Shown: piece after piece, positions 20,289 to 29,789 of the stretch
Numbering within the stretch: the stretch's first letter is position 1
Layout: each line of letters begins with the position of its first letter
IMG/VR virus record: IMGVR_UViG_3300038314_001058
Location: 1-62,942 of that record
Reading direction: 5' to 3' (one strand)
Source: a virus
Lineage: Duplodnaviria; Caudoviricetes
Length of the DNA: 62,942 nucleotides
Made by a program: the position numbers and the translations under genes
The notes under the pieces: model-generated
What the model was told of the DNA's origin: nothing
What the model saw: the letters and a program-made list of their open reading frames with translations, nothing else
Database searches by the model: none

Positions 20289-20442
20289 CCCGCCAAGGTG
20301 CGACCCCTCAGACGCCCTTACAGTGCAACCTTACGCTACCGGGCGGGGTTGTACCTGTAAGGCACCAGTATAGCACCAGCGGCCCGCTCAGAGCGCCTGC
20401 AAACGTGTTTGACAGCTAACCAACGGCACCACGGGGGCTAAC

Positions 20443-20760
20443 TTGAAATTTCTAATCGATTGGGTGCTAGACAACGTATGGATGATCGGTGCTGTCATGG
20501 GAGGCATCATCGTCTCTATCCTAACCAGTGAGGATCACACCTTGAAAATGGCCCTCGTCCGTGTCGTCACCGGTTGTTTCTGTGCGATATTCCTCACTCA
20601 CCCGCTGCTCGATATTCTGGGACGTGATCCCGCAATCTATGGCAATGCTGTCGCTGGACTTCTGGCGATGACTGGCTATGCAATTGCGAAGAATCTCGCT
20701 CATCTTACTGGTGCGCAACTCGCTGAATGGGTTGCAATTGTTTTAGGGAGGAAGAAATGA
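20443..20760 (+). CDS. Putative holin
   Basis: 105 aa with about three hydrophobic segments and a basic C-terminus, upstream of endolysin; TTG start uncertain. Confidence 0.6.
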   Translation: MKFLIDWVLDNVWMIGAVMGGIIVSILTSEDHTLKMALVRVVTGCFCAIFLTHPLLDILGRDPAIYGNAVAGLLAMTGYAIAKNLAHLTGAQLAEWVAIVLGRKK

Positions 20761-21200
20761 CTAAGCCATATGTGAGCGACAAGATTTTCGGGATTATGTT
20801 GCTCATCTCCTGGGCTGCAATCCTCTCTGTCAAACCGCTCGCAGAGGTGTGGGACGACCGACCTTCCCAGAGGCCGTGGATCAACGTTGATTTGAGTATC
20901 GAGGGTGAGGATGTGGTCTACAGCCGTGTCATCAAGCGAATGATGCGTGGGGAGTGGACCTCCTATGTTCAATTGCGGTTCGGGGATTCCTGGAGGTCCT
21001 ACTGCTATGGTTCGGGGGACTGGACCTATCGTCCTGAGACGACCGGTGAAATCAGGATGAGCTTTCTAGACTTCACCGGAGGCTGTGTCCAGCCGACAAC
21101 CGAGCATCGGACCTGCGTCGAATACATGATGACCGACATGAACAATCGCCGACGGCCTTTCGGTCCTTTCTGCTCGCCGTCTTATAATCCGAGGAAATGA
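20757..21200 (+). CDS. Membrane-anchored lysis-cassette protein
   Basis: One N-terminal TM helix followed by a soluble domain with 4 Cys; ATGA overlaps on both sides. Confidence 0.55.
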   Translation: MTKPYVSDKIFGIMLLISWAAILSVKPLAEVWDDRPSQRPWINVDLSIEGEDVVYSRVIKRMMRGEWTSYVQLRFGDSWRSYCYGSGDWTYRPETTGEIRMSFLDFTGGCVQPTTEHRTCVEYMMTDMNNRRRPFGPFCSPSYNPRK

Positions 21201-21937
21201 CCATGCCTTTCACTGCAAAAGACAACAGCGCACTCACGCCCAAGGAGGTCCGCACCATCCAGGAGCGGCTCGTCGTTCACGGCTTCGACCCCGGTCCGAT
21301 CGATGGAATCTATGGCCCTCGCACCTCGTCTGCGATCATTGCCTTCAAGCGTTCGATCGGCTATCGTCAGCGGCCATTCGTCGGTGAGCTCACCATGCGC
21401 GAGCTCATGAAAGACCCGGCCTCTGGCAGTATGATCTTCTCTGAGAATCCGCCGTGGATCGACGAGGGCCGCAAGTATCTGGGGATGCACGAGGTCTACG
21501 ACAACAGCGAACTCCGCGAGTTCATGTCCAGTGACGGCAAGCATCTCGGCGATCCGGCCGTCTTCCCGTGGTGCGGAGACTTCGTGGAGACCTGCATCAA
21601 GCTGGCCCTGCCGAATGAGCCGTTCCCCGGCGCTCTTGGGCAGAATCCCTACTGGGCCTTGAACTGGAAGCTCTTCGGGATCGAGAGCCTTCCTTGTCTC
21701 GGCGCGCCCTTCGCTATCAGTCGCAATGGTGGTGGTCACGCCGGGTTCCTCGTCGGAGAGGACGAACATCGCTACTACTCGCTCGGTGGGAACCAGTCCA
21801 ATCGGGTCAGCATCGCTCCGATCCTCAAGTCCCGCTTCGATCACGATTCCATTCGCTGGCCCTCCACCTATTCTGGGCCGAAACTGGCGCTTCCGCGCTA
21901 TCACTCCACGGCATCTGCCGAATCCAACTTCGCCTAA
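21197..21937 (+). CDS. Endolysin: peptidoglycan-binding domain plus CHAP/NlpC-like (TIGR02594-type) domain
   Basis: IQERL..HGFDPGPIDGIYGPRT; PWCGDFV, GHAGF, LGGNQSN. Confidence 0.85.
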   Translation: MTMPFTAKDNSALTPKEVRTIQERLVVHGFDPGPIDGIYGPRTSSAIIAFKRSIGYRQRPFVGELTMRELMKDPASGSMIFSENPPWIDEGRKYLGMHEVYDNSELREFMSSDGKHLGDPAVFPWCGDFVETCIKLALPNEPFPGALGQNPYWALNWKLFGIESLPCLGAPFAISRNGGGHAGFLVGEDEHRYYSLGGNQSNRVSIAPILKSRFDHDSIRWPSTYSGPKLALPRYHSTASAESNFA

Positions 21938-21946
21938 GGAGGCATC

Positions 21947-22141
21947 ATGACCCCGCTCTCTGGTTACAAGACCTATATCATCGTTGCGATCTATCTGCTC
22001 TGCATCGGTGCCGAGAAGCTGCTCGGCTTCGACATCCCCGGTTTCGAACCGACTGACGACTGGCTCGTCTACGTGCTGAACGCTCTCGGCCTCGGCACCC
22101 TGCGCGCTGGCATCACGAAAGCCGCCAAAGGCATTTTCTGA
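21947..22141 (+). CDS. Small membrane protein (holin-like)
   Basis: LSGYKTYII...ALGLGTLRAGI; SD AAGGAGG. Confidence 0.65.
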   Translation: MTPLSGYKTYIIVAIYLLCIGAEKLLGFDIPGFEPTDDWLVYVLNALGLGTLRAGITKAAKGIF

Positions 22142-22460
22142 TGACTGGTCCTTGCTGGCTTTACTTAGACCGTAAGTAGAGTCAGCAAGGTTCAAGCGTA
22201 CCTCATTAAGCCTTTGTTTTAAAACGGTTTTAGACCGGACGGTTCCCTGACTTTACTGGCACCACAGCCCAAGTTGCACGGTAAACCGGCCCAAGGTGGG
22301 CGCAAACCGTGGAGCGTAGCGAGGCAGCAAAACCGGTAGAGTAAGTGGAGTATGTAGTGTTATTACTCTTATTATATAATAAAAACAAAAGGTTAAGGCA
22401 ACCCGGCTTGGCTTCGGCTGGCTCTACTTAGACCGTTTTGACTCTACTTGCAGTTTAAGA
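22142..22460. other. AT-rich non-coding region with repeated CTCTACTT/AAGTAGAG motifs; candidate replication origin A
   Basis: AT tract at about 22350-22390; motif copies at about 22173, 22422 and 22442. Confidence 0.45.
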
Positions 22461-22463
22461 CGC

Positions 22464-22492
22464 TTGTTCTCGCGCCCCACTTGGGTTATACT
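22464..22492 (+). promoter_or_regulatory. Sigma70-like promoter
   Basis: TTGTTC-17-TATACT. Confidence 0.6.
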
Positions 22493-22519
22493 GCCTCCGT
22501 GACCATCTAGGAAGCTGCC

Positions 22520-22735
22520 ATGCCCATCAAAGTAAGTGAAGCCGAGCGACGGCGAGTTCAAGAGAACAGAAAGACCCACCATCGCGTGAAGATCTCCCAC
22601 ACAGCGAACGGTCGCTATCCGATCCGTGTCGATGGGGAAGTGATCATGGTGGCAGACAACCATCTGGAGGCCCGAACGATGAAGAACGCCCTCCTCCGCT
22701 ACCTCGACCATCTCGACATGAAAGCCGGTAAATGA
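22520..22735 (+). CDS. Hypothetical protein
   Basis: SD AGGA, downstream of promoter, overlaps helicase start. Confidence 0.6.
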   Translation: MPIKVSEAERRRVQENRKTHHRVKISHTANGRYPIRVDGEVIMVADNHLEARTMKNALLRYLDHLDMKAGK

Positions 22736-24231
22736 ACGCTATAACTCCCGACAACTATGAGCATTCAATCGATCCCTTTGATCACCAGAAGGATCACCTC
22801 GAGAAGCATTGGCGCGACACAGCCTACGGCCTGCTCTGGGAGCAGGGAACGGCCAAGACCAAGCCGATCATCGACACTGCTTCCCTTCTTTACCTGAACA
22901 ACGAGATCGACGGCCTGCTGGTCGTTGCCCCTCCCGGCGTCGAGCGCAACTGGCGAAGCGATGAGATTCCCAAGCACATGCCAGCTGATGTCGCGCTGGA
23001 CGCTATGGTGGAGGTCTTCCAAACCGCCAAGAAACATACGAAGAATCACAAGGCGCTCATGGAGCGGCTGGTGAAGCATGACGGCCTCGCTGTCTGTCTG
23101 ATCAGCTACAACGCTTTCATGACCAAGGACGGCAAGAACTTCGTCTGGAAGTTCCTTCGCCACCGCCGCTGCCTCTATGTTCTCGATGAAGCGCACAACA
23201 TCAAGTCGCCCGGTGCGAAGCGGACCAAGAGTATCATCGCCTCTGGCAAGTATGCGACGCACCGTCGCATCCTCACCGGCACTCCGATCGCTGTCGGCCC
23301 GTTTGACATCTATGCACAGATCCGTTTCCTTGACGAGAACTTCTGGAAGCGCAAGGGGATCGGTGGTGCGCTGGAGTTCCGGAAATACTTCGGCGAGTGG
23401 CTGACTCGTGAAGAATGTCAGCGGGAGCTCGGCTACGATCCAGGCTTCGATCAGCTTATTCGCTACAAGAACCTCGACAAGCTCGAGCAGTGGATCACGG
23501 AGATCACCGACCGGGTGCTCAAGGACGACGTGCTGGACCTGCCTCCCAAGCTCTACTCCAAGCGCTACTTCGAGATGACCAAGGAGCAGAAGGCGGTCTA
23601 CGACCAGCTTGCTAACGAATACATGGTGGAGTTCGACGACGGCACTATTCTTGACGGTGAGCTTCCGATTGTTCGTCTTCTCCGCTTCCAGCAGATCCTC
23701 TGCAACTACATCCCGGTCGTGGACCTCGAAGACCCCGACTCCGCCACCTATCGCACCTTGGGCGATAAGAACCCCCGCCTCAATGCCATGGAAGAAATCC
23801 GCGACGAGGTCTACCAGCCGACCATCGTTTGGGCTCGGTTCCGACAGGACGTCGACCAGCTGATGGACCTCCTGGGCAAGAAGGCCGTTCGCTATGATGG
23901 CTTGCTCACTGACGATGAGGCTGAGCGATCCAAGCTGGCGTTTCAGGCCGGCGATGCAGACTGGTTCGTCGGGACAGCCCAGAAGGGAGGACCCGGCCTC
24001 ACGCTGACACAGGCCAAGAATATGGTCTACTATTCGAACAGCTTCAAGCTGATCGACAGGCTCCAGTCAGAGGACCGCGCTCACCGGGCAGGCATGGACG
24101 AGCACCCCGTCAACTACATCGACATCTGCTGTTCCAACGGCCATATCGATGAGAACATCATCACCAATCTCCGTGAGAAACGTGTGATCAGTTCTCAGCT
24201 GCTGCGCGACGAAATGAAAAGTTGGATTTGA
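22732..24231 (+). CDS. SNF2-family (SF2) helicase
   Basis: WEQGTAKT, VLDEAH, ILTGTP, GGPGLTLT, QSEDRAHRAG. Confidence 0.9.
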   Translation: MNAITPDNYEHSIDPFDHQKDHLEKHWRDTAYGLLWEQGTAKTKPIIDTASLLYLNNEIDGLLVVAPPGVERNWRSDEIPKHMPADVALDAMVEVFQTAKKHTKNHKALMERLVKHDGLAVCLISYNAFMTKDGKNFVWKFLRHRRCLYVLDEAHNIKSPGAKRTKSIIASGKYATHRRILTGTPIAVGPFDIYAQIRFLDENFWKRKGIGGALEFRKYFGEWLTREECQRELGYDPGFDQLIRYKNLDKLEQWITEITDRVLKDDVLDLPPKLYSKRYFEMTKEQKAVYDQLANEYMVEFDDGTILDGELPIVRLLRFQQILCNYIPVVDLEDPDSATYRTLGDKNPRLNAMEEIRDEVYQPTIVWARFRQDVDQLMDLLGKKAVRYDGLLTDDEAERSKLAFQAGDADWFVGTAQKGGPGLTLTQAKNMVYYSNSFKLIDRLQSEDRAHRAGMDEHPVNYIDICCSNGHIDENIITNLREKRVISSQLLRDEMKSWI

Positions 24232-24243
24232 GAAACAAAACGC

Positions 24244-24272
24244 TTGTCTGCCGCCCCTGTGGCGGCTAGGGT
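24244..24272 (+). promoter_or_regulatory. Sigma70-like promoter
   Basis: TTGTCT-17-TAGGGT. Confidence 0.6.
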
Positions 24273-24491
24273 GCCTTTACCCCGGCTTATGGGTAACGGC
24301 GCGGCGGCGGCTATGCCATAGGGTCGCTGTCGCGCCGCTCATAAAGCGCCACTCACGGACTCATCCATGAGTCGGGGTCAGAGCCCACCGGAGGCCAAGT
24401 GAACGGAGAAGCGAGCATGAATCAACGAACCGGCTGGCCTAGCCGTTACGAAGAGGCCCGTTTCCTCGTTCAATTGGAACAGGAGATGACC

Positions 24492-25055
24492 ATGACTTCC
24501 CCAGACATTCCCGACTATTCTGACTTCAAGGAAGAGTCGCCCATTGCGGGCGACAACCTGATGAAGTCGCTTATGGCTCTTGCTGATGAGCAGGAAGCCG
24601 CAGAAGCAGAGGTTGACCGCCTCAACGCACTGATGGACGAGGCCAAAGCGAACCTCAAACGCATCAGTGAACACGAGATTCCCAAGCTCCTCGACGGCAT
24701 GGAAGGCAAGATCTCTCTGCCGGACGGCCGGTCCATCACGCTGAATGAGAAGATCCGCACCAGCGTCAGCGGTGAACGTAAGGAGCGGGCCTTTGACTGG
24801 ATCGAGAAGCAGGGCTTCGGTTCGATCATCAAGCGCCGCATCAACATCGACATCGGCAAGGACCAGGAAGCCCTCTCCGACGAGATCAAGGGCAAGCTGG
24901 CCGAGATCGACAGCGCCGTGATCTACAAGGAGGAGCGCAACGTTCCTTGGCAGACCATGGACGCCTTCGTCAAGGAGAAGCTCGGCCAAGGGGCAGACGT
25001 CCCGCTTGAGCTCTTCGGCGTCTACCACCAGCGCACGACCAAGATCAAGAGATAG
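24492..25055 (+). CDS. Conserved replication-module hypothetical protein
   Basis: SD AGGAG 6 nt upstream; coiled coil then AFDWIEKQGFGSIIK; start reassigned. Confidence 0.7.
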   Translation: MTSPDIPDYSDFKEESPIAGDNLMKSLMALADEQEAAEAEVDRLNALMDEAKANLKRISEHEIPKLLDGMEGKISLPDGRSITLNEKIRTSVSGERKERAFDWIEKQGFGSIIKRRINIDIGKDQEALSDEIKGKLAEIDSAVIYKEERNVPWQTMDAFVKEKLGQGADVPLELFGVYHQRTTKIKR

Positions 25056-25213
25056 GCACGGAGGCCTGATCAGCCGAAGTTTTCCAGGGAAGCTGGCTCT
25101 ATGAATGTCCTGGACGCAATAGGGGTTGGACCCCTTAGTTGAGAGAAGTCAGCGCCTACGATTTCCCGGAGCGGCGGGGTTACAGCCGCATCAACAGAGC
25201 AAGGAGCCAAGAG

Positions 25214-26071
25214 ATGGCAAAAACTGAAGTTGCAGAAGTCGAAGAGAAGAATACCGTTGTCGGGTCGTACGACTACGGTGAAGATGCTGGCACTGGCTTT
25301 GAGGATACGAAATCCTCCGACCTGTCCATTCCGTTCATCAACGTTCTCCAGTCGAACTCGCCTGAGATCGAAGAGGAACAGATCCCCGGTGCCAAGGTCG
25401 GCGACATGCTGAATACGGTCACCGGCGAGCTGATCAAGGCCGACAAGGGCTTCTGCTTCATCCCCTGTCACAAGCAGGAAGCATGGGTCGAGTGGGTTCC
25501 GCGTGTCCGTGGCGGCGGTTTTGTTGGGCTTCACGATCCGGCCGGCGAACTGGTCCAGGGTGTGATCAAGGCCAATGGTGGCTCCCGCATCCCTCCCAAG
25601 GGGAGCGACGGCAAGCGCATCAGCTTCAAGAACGGGCCGAACGAGCTGATCGAGACGTACTACGTCTACGGCCTGATCTGCAACGCCGAGGGCACCGAGG
25701 TCGAGGGCTTCGCCGTGATCTCCTTCTCGTCGACCAAGATCAAGCCGTATCGTGACTGGCTCACCTCGATGTTCATCATCAAGGGCAAGCCCCCGATGTT
25801 CGCCAACCGTGCGGTGATCAAGACCGTCAAGCAGAAGAACGAGTCCGGCACCTTCGCCAACTTCTCGATCAGCCCGCTCAAGGAGACGTGGGCCAAGTCG
25901 CTCATCAATCCGTCGACCGAGCGCAACCTGCTCGAAGAAGCTCGTGACTTCCGCGAGATGGTGATCAGCGGCGTTGCCCGTGCTGACTTCCAGCAGCAGG
26001 ACGCAGGCGGTGCCGAAGGTGGTGCCGGTGGCGGTGCTGGTGGCGGCGACACGGACGAAGCGCCCTTCTAA
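25214..26071 (+). CDS. Putative single-stranded DNA-binding protein
   Basis: DLSIPFINVLQSNSP motif; Gly-rich acidic tail ending DTDEAPF; SD AAGGAG. Confidence 0.7.
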   Translation: MAKTEVAEVEEKNTVVGSYDYGEDAGTGFEDTKSSDLSIPFINVLQSNSPEIEEEQIPGAKVGDMLNTVTGELIKADKGFCFIPCHKQEAWVEWVPRVRGGGFVGLHDPAGELVQGVIKANGGSRIPPKGSDGKRISFKNGPNELIETYYVYGLICNAEGTEVEGFAVISFSSTKIKPYRDWLTSMFIIKGKPPMFANRAVIKTVKQKNESGTFANFSISPLKETWAKSLINPSTERNLLEEARDFREMVISGVARADFQQQDAGGAEGGAGGGAGGGDTDEAPF

Positions 26072-26175
26072 TTCGAAGGGGTCAGCCCCCCATCCGCCCC
26101 TTCGAAGTCAGGCCCCATGCATCCCCAGGAGTGATCCTGCATGGGGTCTGACCCTTTCCCAAGCCGGAGAACAAC

Positions 26176-27411
26176 ATGCTATGGAGTCCTCAACAGGAAG
26201 ACGCACTATCCCAAGTGAGCCGCTGGCTCAAGTCGGGTAATGAGCAGGTCTTCCACCTTTTCGGTTACGCCGGTTCCGGCAAGACCACTATGGCAAAAGA
26301 CATCGCTTCCAAGGTGAACGGCCGAGTGATCTTCGCTGCCTTCACCGGGAAAGCCGCCTACGTCCTTCAGACCAAGGGCTGTGACGGCGCAACCACCATT
26401 CACTCGCTGATCTACAACTCCCGCGACAAGGGGACAAAGACCCTGAAGGAGATGGAAACTCAGCTGAAGACCCTGATCGATGAGCTCCGCGAAGATGGCA
26501 TGAGCCAGTCCGCGATTGACATCCACCCTCGGGTCCGTGACCTCACCATCCAGATCAAGGCCGAGCGCGAAGACGTGCAGCGGCCTTTCTTCGTTCTGAA
26601 CGAGGAGTCGGAGATCCGATCTGCCAAGCTGGTCATCATCGACGAATGCTCCATGGTCGACGCCAAGATGGGAGAGGACCTCCTCTCCTTTGGGGTTAAG
26701 GTCCTCGTCTTGGGCGATCCTGCTCAGCTTCCACCGATCGGTGGGGCAGGGTATTTCACCAACATCGAACGGCCTCAGGTCATGCTGGAAGAGATTCACC
26801 GGCAGGCTGAAGAGTCACCGATCATCCGCATGGCGACCGAAGTTCGCAACGGCCAGAAGCCCAAGATTGGGAGCTACGGCGAAGGCTGCGAATATGTCGA
26901 CTTCGGTGATTCGAAAATGCCAGCCGAGCTCGCCCTCCAGTTCGATCAGATCTTGGTCGGCAAGAACGCCACCCGCTTCGCGACCAACCGGCGGGTTCGC
27001 AAGCTGAAGGGCATCGAGGACAAGTATCCCATCGCTGGCGACCGTCTGGTCTGCCTGAACAACAATCACGATGAGGGCCTGCTGAACGGGGCAATCTACA
27101 ACGTGATGAACGTGATGGGAGTCATGGACCAGAAGGTCCACATGGATATCGTGCCTGAAGATTCCAAGCGCGGTATGTCGGTCATGGCTCACGAGCAATA
27201 CTTCCTCGGCGAAGAGCCCTCGTGGTTCGAAAAGCGTGAGGCAGAGTGCTTCGACTTCGGCTATGCCCTGACCGTCCACAAGTCACAGGGTTCTCAGTGG
27301 GACAGTGTCCTCCTGTTCGACGAGTCGTTCTGCTTCCGCAAGGACAAGTGGAAATGGCTCTACACTGGGATCACCCGTGCCGCCAAGAAGATCACAGTCG
27401 TGAGGATGTAA
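26176..27411 (+). CDS. RecD/Dda-like SF1B helicase
   Basis: GYAGSGKTT, IIDECSMV, LGDPAQLPP, YALTVHKSQGS, YTGITRA. Confidence 0.92.
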   Translation: MLWSPQQEDALSQVSRWLKSGNEQVFHLFGYAGSGKTTMAKDIASKVNGRVIFAAFTGKAAYVLQTKGCDGATTIHSLIYNSRDKGTKTLKEMETQLKTLIDELREDGMSQSAIDIHPRVRDLTIQIKAEREDVQRPFFVLNEESEIRSAKLVIIDECSMVDAKMGEDLLSFGVKVLVLGDPAQLPPIGGAGYFTNIERPQVMLEEIHRQAEESPIIRMATEVRNGQKPKIGSYGEGCEYVDFGDSKMPAELALQFDQILVGKNATRFATNRRVRKLKGIEDKYPIAGDRLVCLNNNHDEGLLNGAIYNVMNVMGVMDQKVHMDIVPEDSKRGMSVMAHEQYFLGEEPSWFEKREAECFDFGYALTVHKSQGSQWDSVLLFDESFCFRKDKWKWLYTGITRAAKKITVVRM

Positions 27412-27725
27412 TGGATCAAAAGCAGTTTGCCAGTCAACTCCAAGAAGCCTACGTCAAGGCTGGGGAGGACATGGGGAAGCAGATGGCAGCGACGATCGTC
27501 GCGCTCATCAGCGAAATGTCTGCCGGGGTTGGTCATCCGAAGTTGTTCGGGTTTCCAATCGCAGATGCACCTGCCCAACTCTTGGGCTTCATTCCTGAAG
27601 ATAAGCTGGAGGAAGCGTCGTGGGTGTATATCGTGGCGGAAGACGTGGAAGACATTCCACTGACGTCGCTTCAAATCGCTTGGACCGGCCACCTGACCAG
27701 CGGCCACCGAGTAGTCCTGATATAG
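27411..27725 (+). CDS. Hypothetical protein
   Basis: TAATG coupling to the helicase stop. Confidence 0.55.
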   Translation: MDQKQFASQLQEAYVKAGEDMGKQMAATIVALISEMSAGVGHPKLFGFPIADAPAQLLGFIPEDKLEEASWVYIVAEDVEDIPLTSLQIAWTGHLTSGHRVVLI

Positions 27726-27739
27726 GACAAACACTGGAG

Positions 27740-27774
27740 AGAGGCTTTGCTCACATATGCAAGGCCTCTTTTCT
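27740..27774 (+). terminator. Possible intrinsic terminator
   Basis: AGAGGCTTTGC...GCAAGGCCTCT followed by TTTCT. Confidence 0.45.
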
Positions 27775-27872
27775 CGTTGTAACGATGATTGTCAAGCGGA
27801 AGTATTGGCGATCAGACATGGCGAGGGCACTCCACCATCTGGAGAAAGCCCAAGAAGAACTAGGAGAACTTC

Positions 27873-29669
27873 ATGATCGGACCTCAGGTTCAAGCGAGTG
27901 ACATGGTTCACGCGGAGAAGTATCGTGGCGAGGGTGAGACCTTCCGCGAGGCTTGCAACCGTGAAGCATCAGCACTCCAGGATTCGCACGAGCATTACAT
28001 GGCGTATCGCGATGCTCGCCTTCACATGCGTTACATGTCCGCTGGTCGCGTTCAGGCAGCGATGGGTTCGCTGAAGAACATCACCCCGTACAACTGTTTC
28101 GTGATGCCGAGGATTCACGACAGTTTCACTGACGGCCCGTCGCTCGAAGAGCTCGAGATGCTGTCCGAGTACGAACACCCACCTCTCTCGATCATGGACA
28201 CCGCCAAGTCGGCAGCGATCACGATGCGTCAGGGTGGCGGCGTGGGCTATGACATCACCCCGCTCCGGCCGCGCGGTGATCTGATCAAGGGTGTCCAGTC
28301 CTTCACGGATGGGCCGATGGCCTTTGCTCCGATCTATAATGCGGTCTGCAATGCGACGGCATCGGCTGGCAACCGGCGCGGGGCTCAGATGCTGGTTATG
28401 CGCTGTGACCATCCGGACATCGAGATCTTCATCCGTGCGAAGCAGGGCGTGGCTCACATTCCCTACGAGTACCGTCCGCTCCGTGGCTTCAACATGTCCG
28501 TCGCCGTGACCGACGAGCTCATCGAGTGCGTCCAGTCCGGCAAGCCGTTCCCGCTCAAGTGGGGCGGGCAGGTCTACCGTGAGGTCGATCCCCACGCCCT
28601 GTGGGAAATGATCATGCGTGGGACGTACGACTGGGCCGAGCCGGGTGTCCTGTTCATCGACACGATCAACCGGATGAACAATCTCTGGTACTGCGAGACC
28701 ATCGCCGCGACGAATCCCTGTGGTGAGCAGCCCCTTCCTCCCTACGGTGCCTGTCTCTTGGGCTCGATCAACCTGCCGCGCTATCTGCACAAGAACGCTG
28801 CCGGTCAATACGAGTTCCAGTGGGAGCTCCTCGCCGCTGATATCCCGAATATCAACAGGGCCATGGACAACGTGATCGATCGCGCCCGGTATCCGCTGCC
28901 GGAGCAGAAGGCGGAAGCCCAGAACAAGCGTCGCATCGGCATCGGTGTCACCGGTCTGGCGAACTGCATCGAGGCTCTCGGCCACCTTTACGGGACACCC
29001 GGCTTCCTTGAACTCGAGGACAAGATTCTCAAGTTCATCACCAGGAACCTCTATATCTCTTCCGCCATGCTGGCGAAGGAGAAGGGTTCGTTCCCGTTCT
29101 ACGACGAGGAGAAGTACCTCGCCAGCGAATTCATCCAGACTCTGGACAGCGACGTTCAGGACTTGATTCGCAAGTATGGCATCCGCAACTCGCACCTGAC
29201 ATCGATCGCTCCGACAGGCACCATCAGCTTCACTGCTGACAACGTGTCCTCCGGATGTGAACCGGTCTTCGGCTATACCCAGTCCCGCCGGGTGATCATG
29301 CCCGAGGGTCGTATCACGGTCGAAGTGCCCGACTACGGTGCCTCTGTCTTGGGCGTCAAAGGCAAGCGGGCGATGGATGTCACAGCCCAAGAGCATGTCG
29401 CCGTCCTCTGCACTGCTCAGCGTCATATCGACAGTGCGGTCTCCAAGACCTGCAACGTTCCCTCGGACTATCCCTACGACAAGTTCAAGGATCTCTACAT
29501 GCAGGCGTTCGAGGGTGGTGCGAAGGGTTGCACGACCTACCGGCCGAATGGGAACTACGAGGACGTTATCACCTCTGCTGACAAGGCTGAGGAAGGTGAT
29601 TCCCAGGAGGCCGAGGCTTGTGGCTTTGATCCGGTGACGGGTCAGCGGACTGGCGCTTGCGCTGAATAA
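27873..29669 (+). CDS. nrdJ: Class II (B12-dependent) ribonucleotide reductase
   Basis: NCFV, GGGVG, RRGAQM, TNPCGEQPL, SIAPTGTIS, C-terminal Cys pair; no beta-subunit gene seen. Confidence 0.88.
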   Translation: MIGPQVQASDMVHAEKYRGEGETFREACNREASALQDSHEHYMAYRDARLHMRYMSAGRVQAAMGSLKNITPYNCFVMPRIHDSFTDGPSLEELEMLSEYEHPPLSIMDTAKSAAITMRQGGGVGYDITPLRPRGDLIKGVQSFTDGPMAFAPIYNAVCNATASAGNRRGAQMLVMRCDHPDIEIFIRAKQGVAHIPYEYRPLRGFNMSVAVTDELIECVQSGKPFPLKWGGQVYREVDPHALWEMIMRGTYDWAEPGVLFIDTINRMNNLWYCETIAATNPCGEQPLPPYGACLLGSINLPRYLHKNAAGQYEFQWELLAADIPNINRAMDNVIDRARYPLPEQKAEAQNKRRIGIGVTGLANCIEALGHLYGTPGFLELEDKILKFITRNLYISSAMLAKEKGSFPFYDEEKYLASEFIQTLDSDVQDLIRKYGIRNSHLTSIAPTGTISFTADNVSSGCEPVFGYTQSRRVIMPEGRITVEVPDYGASVLGVKGKRAMDVTAQEHVAVLCTAQRHIDSAVSKTCNVPSDYPYDKFKDLYMQAFEGGAKGCTTYRPNGNYEDVITSADKAEEGDSQEAEACGFDPVTGQRTGACAE

Positions 29670-29789
29670 AATCCGCGTTGCATGAAAAATAACAGTTGCT
29701 CGGCGTTTGTGGATATGCCATAAGTAAACCACTGGCGGCACAATGCCGAGCAATTGACCAACCTACAGTGACCCAAGAAAGGTAGAACA

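Noticed and set aside
25066-25080. Hammerhead ribozyme core (CTGATCA...GAAG)
   Set aside because: Deviates from CUGANGA/GAAA, and I could not build the three stems
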